NCBI GenBank assembly: GCA_028534125.1
Contig: CM052816.1
Location: 63,304,001 to 63,368,000, forward strand
DNA: 64,000 bases
Source: Lama glama
Lineage: Eukaryota
Reading direction: 5' to 3'
Below are positions 13,590 to 26,225 of the stretch, one piece after another. The position numbers and the translations under genes were made by a program. Under the pieces are notes generated by a model. It did not search any database. It had not been told where the DNA came from and saw nothing but the letters and a program-made list of their open reading frames with translations. Numbering within the stretch: position 1 is the stretch's first letter; each line of letters opens with the position of its first letter.

Positions 13590-14860
13590 AGAGACATCAT
13601 TCTTTTCTTTCAATACTTTAAAGATGCTGCTCTGCTGCTGGCTTGCTGAAATTGTTTCAGATGACAAGTTTGCTATCATGCTTATCTCTTTTCTTCTCTA
13701 TATAATGTGCCTTCTTCCCCTGTTGTAAGATTTTCTCTTTAATTAAGACTGGATTTAAGTAACAAAATTATAATACGCCTTGGGGTTTCTCTGAGCTTCT
13801 TCAATCTGCGAGCTCATAAATTTAGAAACAATTTGGCCATTATTTCTTCAAATACTTATTTTGCTCTCCCTTCTCTCATCTGAGAGATTTCAACTGTTTG
13901 TACATTAGGCTGCTTTAAGATATTCCACAGCTCTGTTTTTCCCAACTCTATTTTTCTGTTTCACTTTGGACAGTTTCTATTGCTGTGTCTTCAAGCTTAC
14001 TAATCTTTTCTTCTATAATATCTAATCTACATTAATCTCACCAGATACTGTAGTTTTTAGTTCCCAGAAGTTTGATATGAGTTTCTTAAAAATATCTCCC
14101 ATATATCTACTTTAACACACTCAATCTTCCCTCTAGTTTCTTAACACAGGGAACCCAGTTACAAAAACTTGTTCTAATAATCTTCTCTACCAATTCTACC
14201 ATAGTACCTTGTCTTGAGTAGTTTCAATTAATATATCCCCCTCAGCATGGATTGTATTTTCCTGCTTCTTTGCATGCCTGTAGTTTTTTTATTGGATGCC
14301 AGGCATTGCAAATTTTGCCCTGTTGGGTGTTGGAAATTTTTCTATTTCTATAGTCCTGAATTTTGTTCTAGAACATGGTTATGTTTTTTGAAAACAGTTT
14401 GATTCTTTCAGATTTTGCTCCACTACAGGGCAATACAATTCTGAGTCCTCTACCTAATATTTTGTGAATTCTGAGGTTTCCACTCTGACCATGGGGACTC
14501 CTCCTGGCTCTGTATTGGCTCTGAGTACTGTTCCCCTAACAATCCTTTCTGGAGGTTCTTTCTCTGGACTTGGGTAACTTCTGCACTTGTAATGTGCTAA
14601 TTAGTATCCCGGTGAAGACTGACAGGGGACCCACTGAAGATCCCCAGAATTCTGTGTGAGCAGCTCCCTCTTTCCTGGCAACCTGAGCCACTTTGGTGTC
14701 CTCAGACTTTCAGCTTCCTCTCCTTCAACCAGAGAGACCACTGGGATCCCTGCGCCACTCCCTGGGAACTCAGCGTAGTAAGTAAGCTGTGGCAATCAGA
14801 GAACTCACACTGTGTTTTCTGTTTCTCAGGGATCACTATCCTTCATACTGTGACCGCCAA
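13590..14860 (-). mobile_element. Old L1M ORF1/5' fragment
   Basis: T-rich + strand with antisense L1M motifs (tttggccattatttcttcaaata, gtttctattgctgtgtcttcaagcttactaatcttttcttct, ttggatgccaggcattgcaaatttt). Confidence 0.7.
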
Positions 14861-17800
14861 TGCCTTTTTAAAAATGAAGGTGGCACAGGCAGTCAAAACA
14901 TATAGAGAAGGTGCTACAGAGGTCTAGCAGAGGGCAAGATTACTTCTGTAACTGGACATGGATGGGAAGGGTAATCAAGTGAGAGGAGAGGGTGCCTCAT
15001 GAGGAACAATGGCAAATAAGTAAGCTGAGGGGAGACTAAGAAGATAATGGGGCTACTCCATATGGAAGGACTAGTATGAGCTGCGTAACAGAGACAAGAA
15101 AACATAGATATGAACAGAGACAAATTATTCGGTTTAGGAGACAGTGTGGGGAGAAAGGAAGACAAAGCTCAAAGGGCTGGTTGGAATCAGACTACAGGGG
15201 TCTGTAAAAGACTGTCAAGGAGTTAAATCTTATTGCAGTGATTCCCTGGCTGTGCACCTACATAATATGTGGACCTTTTAAGGAATATGTGTGCTTGATT
15301 CCCAGGTCCAAAAATGTAGTAGATCTAAAGCAGGGGAACAAAAGGTATGGTTTGTCTGGAGTTTAAAACAGTAGAAAAACAAGGTTAAAAGGTGGGAAAG
15401 TGATATGAAAATAAGGACAAGTTACGGTGCTCCAGATAAAGGTACAAAACAGATTTACCAGGAGAAAAGGAACAATAAGGAAGAAGAGGCTGTGATGAGA
15501 GAGAAATGCCAGAGTTCAGGATTTTAGATGAGGATCAGTTTCAAATCAGGATAGGGTCAAGATGTAGCATGAATGTAGAGGTGAAAAATGTAATGAACTG
15601 GGCAAACTGAGAACATGCAAAAAGCCCTAATTCATAACCAGCATGGCATTTCATCCAAGTTGAATAGTAAAGAGTATTTTCAACAATTGTGTAATTTACC
15701 TTGATCACTGAATGTGATAGAGCAAGGATTCTCAAAATGCAGTTTTGAAACCACCAATAAACTAATGGATTAATCTCTGATTATTATTTATAGAACAAAA
15801 ATGTCTTTTTACATGCATTTCAAGACACTGACATTTAATTAAGAAGAAGACAGTACCTTGTTAGTGACAATCAAATACAATTTTGTCTTTCTACTAGTTC
15901 TGCTGAGTTTTTCTAGATGCAGTTGGGAGCAGACAAAAGAATCATCCTACTGGTTCTCAGTTATCAAAATCATTCAGGGAGAGTTAATAACATCCCCCGG
16001 AACCACTACTATACTGCACCCTGCTGACATTTCATTTGGTCTAAAAGTTTACAAAACAACATTTTCCTCTGATATTTTCCTCTGATAATAGGGTAGCTTT
16101 CCCTCCAATAACGTATTCCATATTCTACCAAGTAAAAGTCTGAGGACAGCTGCTGGATTTTATAGTCAAGCAAGTTAAGTTTCCAGGGAGAGATGAAGAG
16201 AGGAGGAGACGAGGAGACGGGGTGGGGGAGAAGAGATGGGGAGGCAGGTGCAGAAGTGGAGGAGAAGGCAGTTCATCTGCTCTCAGAAAGAGGAAATATC
16301 AGCCACCTGTCAGCTATGATTTTCAGACACTTCCATTCACACCATGCAGCACTTCTGTCCCTCGCTGATCCAGCCCTATATTCGCAATAGCAGCACAGGA
16401 GACTCACTTTAAGGCAATAGGCAAGGCATGCTCAGGGTTCATTATATTTGCTCTGAGACTTAGGATTCTGGCCATGAGTTTATCAAGTAAAATGCAGCCC
16501 AACCTAACATACTATCAATTTGCATAGCTGTGCGACAGCAAAAGCACAAGACCGTATGGACGATGTTTAGATAGATCTTTGTACTACTGCTTCTACTAAG
16601 CACCAGTGAATGCGAAGTTAGTATAGTTTTAATAGTGTTCCATTCTTCTATACTACATTATCAATTAAAGCCCCTTGTAAGTATACAGACAACTGGATTA
16701 CTATTCACAGAAACAGATTATCAAAATATTTCTAGGGCTTAAACTGAGAACTGTGTAACAGGAAACAATAACGAAAAATAACCTCGTCAACACATTAATA
16801 ATCAAATGTTTCATTATAATGCTTTCTTAGCAGGTACCATAACGTTGCCAGAAAGCATTAATATGCTCAAAAACTTAAATTTGAGAAGTTACAACTTGTA
16901 AATACCTAGTATGTCACACTTCACAAAAAAGGAATTATAAGCAACTTAAAGTGTTAATGTATTAGCTGAATTCTTCATAGAAGAGGTCATGAAATGATCA
17001 CGATTCTACTACTGGAGCATACCAGACAAAGAGGAAACTTAGAAATGAAATGAAACACTCGAGACACGTTCAATCTTCTCAATATTAGTCTCCCCAAAAT
17101 GGATTGTACAGAGTGGAGCTAGATTAAAAAAGCACATGATCAAAAGTCTGGACAGCTTAATAGTTTTCCTGAAAGGAAATTTCACTGTTACTTAGGACAA
17201 AACATAGAGAATTCTCAAAAATGTGTGGAAAATCACTTGGCACACTTGATACAATATTAATCATCCACCTTTCTGAATTACAATCACCACTGCTTTCCTC
17301 TACTGAAGCAGCCACTGAAATGAAGGCACCACACTTCAGGGGCCACTTTAAGACAACAATGACAGTAAGTAAATAAAACTTTCAATTATGTAACCTTGGA
17401 ATCAAGCAGCTATACTTTTTCTTCCAAGTAAATAAAAATTTCATTTTAAAATAAAAAAAAAACCCTTGATGCTAGCTAGACTAGTTTTTATTTTAAATAA
17501 TCATTTACCAGTAAACATTTCCCTTTGAAATTACAATCAAGACACATCTAGAGAGTTCTTAAAAAAAATTCTGATTTTAAAGATATCGTAGTACAAGAAT
17601 GATGATATAATTACTGCAAAAATATGTAATTTATTCTTGTAACCCTCAGGATACAAAGAAAGTAACTGTTATTGAAAAATTACTGAAAAATTAGCACTGT
17701 ATTCATAATTAAGATTTAGTCAAGGCTAAGATACATAATCCCAGAATTAATCATAAACACTGTGATATCATTAGCATAAGACTAAATTTTAGGTCTAAGG

Positions 17801-18529
17801 CACTGGAAATCGTAACAGAGATGACAATATACACCTACACCAAATACACACCGTGATGACTAATTTCAAACAAAAGCAGCCACTTTAAGAAATAAAAGTT
17901 GTTCTGTAAATCAATACTACCTAAAATAGAATAATAATGATTAAAAAAAAATGAGCTCTCAAATGAAATTTAGGACCACAAAACTGAATCAAGGAACTGT
18001 AAGGGTTATTCCTAAAACTATGTTCTTACACTGCTCTTTGAGATCATATTTCACTTACCTTAAAAATAAAGTTAGAATTAAAATTAATACCATATTTTGT
18101 TACTGAGGATTCTTTATGGAATGAAAAACAGATCTGGGTAGACTGATTTGCAAAGGGCAGACTCACCACACTCACTGTGTTTCTAAAGTATGCACAAAAG
18201 CTGATGAACGAAAGGAAGCAGAACACTTAACTACGCATTTATAAGTTCAGTACCTTATTAAGAAAAATGCTATTTTATTTTCTCTAACACCAACTATATA
18301 TTCAAGGCTTAAGAGAGTGGAAGTGAAAGAGGGGAAAGACACACTTATGTTACACCAAAGACTATCATCACTCTAAGTGAAGAAAATACACTTCCCATTT
18401 TTTTAGGATACTGCTTAGCAGTCTCTCTTCATAGGAGAAATACTTCCTAGGACTTCACTAGGACACTATATATAGAAAGAAAAGAGAAATGGCATTAAAA
18501 GCTTTAAAAAAAACCCAATTTTTAGTTCA

Positions 18530-19015
18530 TAGGCCCTTGGGAATCCACTAATCCAATTTCCCCCTCACTTCTCCAGTGAGGAAACAGTTCTCCAGAGACA
18601 AGGTGACTTGCTCAAGGTCACAACAGCATACCAACAGGACCAGAATTCAGGTTTTATGAATTCTTGGATATTGTCCTTTCCTCTACACTAGCTGCTAGGG
18701 AGATGATACTGAGCATAAAAGCAAAGTAACATGGATTAAACGCAAACACAGTTTAAAAGAAGGCTGCCAGAGCCGTGCATATTAACTATAAGCTGAGTGT
18801 GAGGCCCGTGAGGATAATTGTGGGGTAATTCAAGGACTGAATATCATGCGCAGACTAAAGTAATGATAACTAATACTTCCATAGTAATTAATAGGTGTTC
18901 AGCATTATCCCATGACCATTTTATATGTTAACTTATTTATTCTATTTTTGAGGTAGATACTGATCTCATTTGCAAGTGAGGAAAGAAGGCACAAAGAAGT
19001 TAGGAACTGGTAAGG
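18530..19015 (-). mobile_element. Two MIR SINE fragments (about 18530-18690 and 18870-19015)
   Basis: MIR core: gaggaaacag...aggtgacttgctcaaggtcaca and ctcatttgcaagtgaggaaagaaggcacaaagaagttagg. Confidence 0.65.
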
Positions 19016-19668
19016 TCTGGAGACTAGAGGAGATGCCAAGAGAAAAAGGAGAAAGTTGATTTATGTACCTATTTTACATTCATGTGTCGAAGTATTTAAA
19101 AGTTGATGATTATAAATAATTTTAAAGGTAAGATATTTTAGATGTTTCTTATTTTTTGTTCCTTTTCCTTATCAGATTCTTCTAGTGAAAATTAATGGTT
19201 TTCAAAACAATTTAGCAGTTAATTTAAAGGCATTTTTAATAAAAGCCTGTGATGTATTTCAGAAAAAATTCATTACAAGCTCCATGAAATAACAAGGAAT
19301 AATGATATTTCAGCAAGTCTCCTCAAACAGAAGTAGCATTGCAACTTAAATCAAGTTTGAAGGTGACATAGTTTCTATAAGAAAAGGAATAAACCCTCTG
19401 CTAAGACAAGAAACAATTATTGCAGATCAAGAGTTAAACTTAAACTCAACTTCCAATACTAGGAACACAATTTATCTGTTTCAGGAGTACACCCTTAATT
19501 TCAAAATTCAGTCAGCTGACATTAATTCTGCAACAGGAATGAATGGATGAATGGATAGATGGAGGGATGGGTTGATGAATGAACGGACCACCATATATTT
19601 TCAAACCTCCAGAATATAATGATGACATATGGTTCTCCCAGATTTTAGGAACTACTTTAGTAACTTAC

Positions 19669-19753
19669 CATCTTTTTCCTCTTATCCTGTTCTGTGGGTG
19701 GCTCTTCATCTTCTGTTACTTTTGGTTCTTCAATATGAGACATTAACATACAG
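19669..19753 (-). CDS. IPO11: Importin-11 penultimate coding exon (CMLMSHIEEPKVTEDEEPPTEQDKRKKM)
   Basis: Acceptor tttaaactatag| (19754-19755) and donor |gtaagt (19667-19668); 85 nt; phases 2 to 0 fit both neighbours. Confidence 0.96.
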
Positions 19754-20836
19754 CTATAGTTTAAAAAAAAAGTTTTAAATAAATAAAAAATGTCTATAAC
19801 ATAAAACAAACCCTCAAAATACTGAGAACAATAATACATCAATGTACCAAAATGTGAGGAACAGCAAGATAAACTGGACTTATAATCTTAAAAATGTAAT
19901 TATAAAAAGATATCTCACTTCAAAAAGGACCACACCAAAAATATTTGGAGCATTTTACTTGAGTATTTAGGGAATAAGTTGTAAGAAATTTATTTATAGG
20001 CCACTTTTGAACCATAAATTACTTGACAAGGCAAGGTATATACAAAGAATGATACTTGCAAACACTTAAAATTAATACTTTGTCTTTTACCACAAATCTT
20101 CATATATCTAGATTATTATACATGTTTCATAACAGTGGCAATAACTTAAACAATAACATCATTAAAACACTATTAATTATGGAAAAATCTACTTTGTTCT
20201 CCAAATGACATTACTATGCTATAAGGAAGCTGTCCGTGATAGCACTTGTACCTGCAGGACAGTTATAACTCATTTTATTCTGATTATCTGCATCATTGCT
20301 CTTCACCGTTAGCAGAGATAATATAAATACAGTTTTCTATTCAGTCAACACTGGTTCCAGGGAGACAAGTTATGAATATTGTCTAGTGAATCAAGTTGAT
20401 GGAACGAACTTCACTGCTCCTAATTTAAAACAGAATTCAGTGATTTATCAGAGTCATAGGTTCCCAACCAATAAACTGTGGCAAAGAAAGCTTGGTTTCT
20501 CTTACGTTTCGTGGCAAGTACAGGGGAAGGACAATTCCTGACTCAGAGCTGCGTAAATGACTTTTGATTCAGGGCTAAGGATAAGTGCTGACACCAGAAA
20601 TCTGTTTGGCTCACTCTTGCAGGGGACATGAGTGTCCTATTCTCCTTATCCTCCGCCATTAAAAAAATAAGTTTGGAACAACTGCCTCTGACCCAGTCAG
20701 TGCACTGGGTGGGATCAACCAGTAAGAACCTTAACCTGGAAATCAGAAGCCCTGAAAAACAGCAAGAGTTCAACAGCTAATTCACTGCATGGCCTTAATT
20801 TCTTGGAGCTGCCATACTTTCGCCCACCAGGATATA

Positions 20837-21061
20837 TAGTTGACTCTTGAACAACATGGGTTTGAATGGCATGCGTCCACTTATACAAGGATTTCTTTCA
20901 ACAGTAAATACCACAGTACTGTACGATTTGTGGTTGGCTGAGTCTGAGGATGTGGAACCAGAGGAACCATGGTATGGATGGCCAACCATAAAGTAGACTC
21001 AGATTTTCGACTTCACAGAGGGTGACTGCTCCTAACCCCCGCATTGTTCAAGGGTCAACTG
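20837..21061. mobile_element. TcMar-Tigger MITE (MER8/Tigger2-like)
   Basis: Terminal inverted repeats tagttgactcttgaacaa / ttgttcaagggtcaactg, with TA on the left flank; 225 bp. Confidence 0.85.
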
Positions 21062-21741
21062 CAAAATAATGCAGCACAATTAGTTGGCCAAGGAACTCTG
21101 GCACAAAATTGGAAAATTATGACTTTGTTATCTCAACCCAAAAGCGATTTAATAAAGTGAAATGTCTAGAAAAAGTCTAGATCCCAGTTTGTACTTTAGA
21201 ACTGAATGATAAAATGGAGTTCCTTACCACTAGTTACTTTAAGCCTGCTATAGACTTGAATTCTATCTGCACTGAATCTGGATCGCCATGGAAGTATGCT
21301 TTCTAGTAAATAAAATTGTATTACTGCATTCCAAACTCTGTTAACTTACTTGTATAGTAAAAACTCTCTGTTCCCTCTTCCCTGAGTTAAAAGACTTACT
21401 AGCACATTAATAATAAAGTATATTCTGGATATAAATACACACATGCATATATATATATATGGCCCCAGAGGGCAGAATATTTTTAGTTAGCAATTCTGCA
21501 AATTGTATTCATTTGGGTCTCTAGAAGATAGAAAAAGGAAAAAAAAAAAAAAGAATTGAAAAGCCCAAAGCAGAAATTCTCTGCTGCAGGAAAATCTCCA
21601 ATTAAAAGTCAAATCTCATTTTTTTTTTGACAAAGGCTAAAGACAGGGAACCATTTTTACATAAAAGGCATGGTGAGAATGAATAGATTTCTAATAAACT
21701 AAAATGTGTGGGCTATGAATGTTAATAATAGTAATTATTAT

Positions 21742-21796
21742 AAAATAACAACAATTTAAAATAGGGAAAAATAACAACAGTTTAAAATAGGGAAAA
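21742..21796. repeat. 26-bp tandem duplication
   Basis: ataacaacaatttaaaatagggaaaa followed by ataacaacagtttaaaatagggaaaa. Confidence 0.85.
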
Positions 21797-22029
21797 CTAA
21801 CATGTGAACACAGGCAGCCAACTCTCACATCTTACACTCGTCCACTGAAAACATCCAGGCACTCTAGCTGCTAATTTAGAATCTTTCCCAACGAGAAACT
21901 CCAAATGTGAAACACAACCAACAGTATTAGCATGCAACATGAAACCTTTTAAATAATTTGTTTTAAAAGTATATTTTTCATTTAATCTGTACAAACCCAC
22001 ATCTTAACATTATAGTAAAATTAGAACTG

Positions 22030-22605
22030 ATATTATTCCATCAGCCTCTGCAGAGGACACTTAAGTTGCCTATGTAATCACCCTCCTTCCTAACAGAATC
22101 CTGAATTTGTCTGTTATCCTCCTCTTCCACGCCACCATATACTTCAGAAAAAGCCAATCCCAGTCCCAGTGCCAGTGGCTCAGTAAGCAATCAAGGCAAT
22201 CCTACTCCCTGGTTGACGACTCCTTTCAACAGAAGCATGTTTAAGAAATTCTAGCCAATTAGACAAGAAGGGAAGTCTGATGAGATGACTTCTAGGAAAG
22301 TGTCCTATGATGTTAACAAATTGAAAAAAAAGACATAAGGAAAAAGTAGATTACTTGCCTGGCACTGGCACTGTCCTGAACTGCAATGCCTAGAACTACT
22401 TTGTGACGATGAGGGAAGCAGCCTGCATACTACGTTAACGTGCTGAGGGGCTGGAGCAGAAACAACCTGGGTCTTTGGAGGTATTGTGAGGTCACAAATA
22501 GCTAATTCTCACTCACCTGCAGCTGTTCTGTGGTCAGGGATAATGAATTCTTTATTGTTAAAACCAGTTTACTCACAGTTTCTCTTATTTGCAGGTGAAA
22601 ATCTC
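22030..22605 (-). mobile_element. MaLR LTR (MLT1-type), degenerate
   Basis: ccttcctaacagaatcctgaatttgt, ttctagccaattagacaagaagggaagtctg, tgacgatgagggaagcagcc and the end ...tttctcttatttgcaggtgaaa; strand uncertain. Confidence 0.6.
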
Positions 22606-22937
22606 TTTTACAGTCCCTTATATAGAAATCTTAACAAAATTTCATTTCTGGGCTCAGGCCAAGAAACAGTCTCCCTCTCCTGATACACCTACCTCTTTCT
22701 GCTTAAAAACAGGAACTAGGTAATTTCTAATGCTTCTCTTTTCACCCTGGTAGTTAGCAAGCTCAGGGCTGTTTTACATCCAGACGCCACACATCTCTCC
22801 ATCCAAGGTGTCTTGTTTAAATAATCCTTCAATCCTGTGTTAATGGTTTTTAGTCATAATGAGCATGTGCTTTCCTTATGCTTTGCCTCAGACCCTCCTA
22901 TGACCACTAGGGACTCCACGCAGCTATTTAAAGGATG

Positions 22938-23034
22938 ATATTAACAGTAAAATGTGCCACGAAGAAAAGGGAAGGACGCTATGCAGTATATTAACAGTAC
23001 AAAGTGTCATGAAGGAACAGGGAAGGAAGCTATG
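22938..23034. repeat. Diverged ~50-bp tandem duplication
   Basis: atattaacagtaaaatgtgccacgaagaaaagggaaggacgctatg versus atattaacagtacaaagtgtcatgaaggaacagggaaggaagctatg. Confidence 0.75.
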
Positions 23035-23664
23035 AATTCTTCCTAAGAGTATGGAAAGGGATCTTAGAGGTAGGTATTTGCCAAGCAGGGCAAGGCTGAG
23101 GGCATGACATGCAAGGAGACGAAATGTTCTGAGTCAAGCAACGTGTATGAAAGGAAATGGCACACTTGGGGAATGAAGAAGAATCCAGGAAGGAAAACGC
23201 CAGCAATAGAAATTGAGCATCAGCAAAGAACGGGGCCCCAACAACTTTGTACTATAAGGAAGCGGGCTTTTAATTTTAAGAAATGGAGCAGAATGGATCA
23301 GAAAGGGAAAACTGGAGAAAGACCTCAAGGGGGTCACTGAGACCAGCACCAGTTAGGGTAATACCCAGGGGAGAACGTCAGTCAAGGAACCAAGGTTTCC
23401 TCTGGTATTCTCTGCTCCGTTCTGAAGAGCTGTCTGGTGGGGCAACGTATCAAGTGAAGGGGAAAAAAATGCTAGTAAAAGCCTAAATTTTATTTCTGTT
23501 TCACCTCTGGAGAAGAAAAGAAAACAGTGGTTATATGCTGCAGCTACCGATGTTCCCTCATCCACAAGTCTGGCCCTTCAAGTCTTGATCCCTGTGATGG
23601 TCTCCTAGTCAGTGTGCTTTGCTTGCATCCAACATTTTCCTTTTCCAAACCAAAACTTTCCTCA

Positions 23665-23812
23665 TGGCTGAGCATGGCATATCGAGTCAGAAGACCTTGG
23701 TTCTAGTCTTGACTCTTCCACTAATTTGTTGCGTCATTGCACTTTTTTGAGCTTCTGTATCCTAGTCTTTAAAATAATGAAATTGCACTAGATAATTTCT
23801 AAGCTGTATTCC
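23665..23812 (+). mobile_element. MIR fragment
   Basis: gagtcagaagaccttggttctagtcttgactcttccactaatttgttg...gagcttctgtatcctagtctttaaaataa. Confidence 0.6.
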
Positions 23813-24652
23813 TAACAACTTCTTGGCTCTCACCCTTCCAGTTAAACCATGCCGTGATTATATTCTACTTTCTACAACCCAATTCTTATTCCTCCCTGGA
23901 GATAGTAACACACAGTGCCTTTTCTTTTTCTGACATTCTATTAAAGCACAATCTGGAATTCTATTTTGTGTGCTTTGTTCAAAACATATATACCTTTAAC
24001 TCATTATTTGCATTTTCATTATGGTCTTATATATACCCTCCCCTAACTAAATTATATACTCTGAAGAAGACAAGGAACATTTGAATATACCCTAAATATT
24101 TCACAAAGAGTTGTAAATTTTGCCATATATTATGTATAAAAACACAGTATTTACAATTACATACCCTATGTTAACTTTAAAAAAATTGCCTATAGGCATG
24201 AATGTTTTTTTACTTTTGGTGTGTAATCATAAAAGTCTCAGATTTCCAGTTCATCCAAACTCCTTAATGTTCCTGAAAGTTGAGTTTCATGCCGGATACA
24301 TTTTATTTATGTATGTTTAATAAGATTCAACAACATATATCTATTATATTTCCATAACACGATTTGGATGGCAACCTTTCCTATTTGCTATAGATGGTTT
24401 TATAAAATGTAAAGAAAACAGGCTCAGTATATTACTGAGAGAAGCCAAGCAGTTTGGAACCTCATGAAGACTTGCTTATCATTATATAAACATCCCTTTA
24501 TTAACAGTAATATTAAGAGGAAAGATGTGGTAATTCTACTAACTTTTAAAGGATATAATACTTTAAAAATTTTTTCAAATTAATAGTTATATAAATATTA
24601 GATTATCAGCATTCCTGATAACATGATTTTAACTAATCTCCTGAAGAATATA

Positions 24653-24870
24653 TAGGTGACCCTTGAACAGCATGGGTTTGAACTGTGGATTTTTTTCAAT
24701 AAATATGTACTACAGTACTACACACACTATGGTACCACCTGATCTGTGGTTGGATGAATCCACAGATGTGGAACCACAGATATACAGGTCCAACTGTAGA
24801 GTTATACTTGGAGTTCTGACTGTGCAGAGGGTTGGAGCCCCTAGCCCCCACGTTACTCAAGGATCAATTG
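24653..24870. mobile_element. Second MER8/Tigger2-like MITE
   Basis: TIRs taggtgacccttgaacag / gttactcaaggatcaattg flanked by TA; interior similar to 20837-21061. Confidence 0.8.
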
Positions 24871-25351
24871 TAATTTTAACTATTCTCTTTTTGAACTAAT
24901 CAAGTACCATGTGACCCTCTAATATATTAAAGGTGTCAGTGATCAGTCAAACACAAATACAGGATGCTAACCCATTCCCTGTTCTCCATGACTTGCCTGA
25001 AGGGCAGGGAACATTGTTACTGGAAAAAAAGAAGAACATTCAAAACATGTTAAAAGAAGAATTTATACACTAAAATATACTTGGATTAAAAAAAAAACAA
25101 AAAAAAAACCTAATGTCAAATCATAAAACGATGAGTAGACCAAAGAAATCCAATTCAGAATTTCAATATAACAAAATAAAGCTAACCTCAAAATCAGATA
25201 ATACTACAAGCAAAATAACAAGATTTTGCCTTATAAAAGACAAAATAAAAAAGTGACCATACCATGTTTATATGGTTATAGTAAACAAAAATCATGTAGG
25301 ATATAATTAATTACTCAAGTCCAAGTGCAATTAACTAAATGATCCACCTAC

Positions 25352-25447
25352 TCTTTATAAGTTCCTGTTTCAGTGTCTTCCGTCATGACGTCATGTAAGC
25401 CCTCCACTGAGATATTTATAATCCCACAGAATTTATCTTGGATAACA
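25352..25447 (-). CDS. IPO11: Importin-11 internal coding exon (VIQDKFCGIINISVEGLHDVMTEDTETGTYK)
   Basis: Acceptor ttttttattctag| (25448-25449) and donor |gtaggt (25350-25351); 96 nt, phase 2-2; split codons AG|T (Ser) and GA|C (Asp). Confidence 0.96.
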
Positions 25448-25739
25448 CTAGAATAAAAAAAGAGCAAAACAGGTTAAACTGTAGTATTTCAACAGGTAAT
25501 TCCTTTTTTTTTTCTTTTCCTAATTATCCTCTTGAACATAAAGAGAAATTTTAGTCTAAAAATATAAAAGAAACCTTCAAAATAAACTTCTTAAGCCAGG
25601 AATTGTACTTTGCATATTACACTAAAATTTTCTTTCACTAGATTATTAGTATGTTTAAATACCTAGATGGGTAGATTAGATGGGAACAAGATATTTTAAT
25701 ATTCTTTAATTTATCATAATAGTCTTATGTTTATGTTAT

Positions 25740-26225
25740 AATTAAAAAGATAAAGGTACAAAATGTTGAAGATTAAAAATCTTTACTCTTCTAAAGAAAA
25801 AGACAAGTCAAAGAATGGGGTTCAAGTATCAGTAAAACATACATCTGATAAAGGACTTTGATCTGGAATATAGAAAAGAACTCTGAAAACTCAGTAAGAT
25901 GACAAATAGCTCTATTTAAAAATGGGCAAAAGCTCAAAAAGACTTCTCCTAAGAACATATACAGATGGCATATGAGTACCTGAAAAAATGCTCAACATCA
26001 TTAGTCATCAGAGAAATGCAAATTAAAAGTACAGAAAGATTTTAATTAAAGTAAAATTAAGAGGACTGACAATACCAAGTGCTGGAAAGGATGAGAATGG
26101 GGGTGATGGCTATGTTCTCCATCCTGAGTATGGCAGTAGTTACATACTGTATACATTTGTCAAACTGTATGCTTAAAAGAAGTTTTACTATGTATCAACT
26201 ATATCTTAAAAAGCCTGACTTTAAA
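25740..26225 (+). mobile_element. Old L1 ORF2-end/3' UTR fragment
   Basis: catacatctgataaaggact, aaaatgggcaaaag, atgctcaacatcattagtcatcagagaaatgcaaattaaaa. Confidence 0.75.
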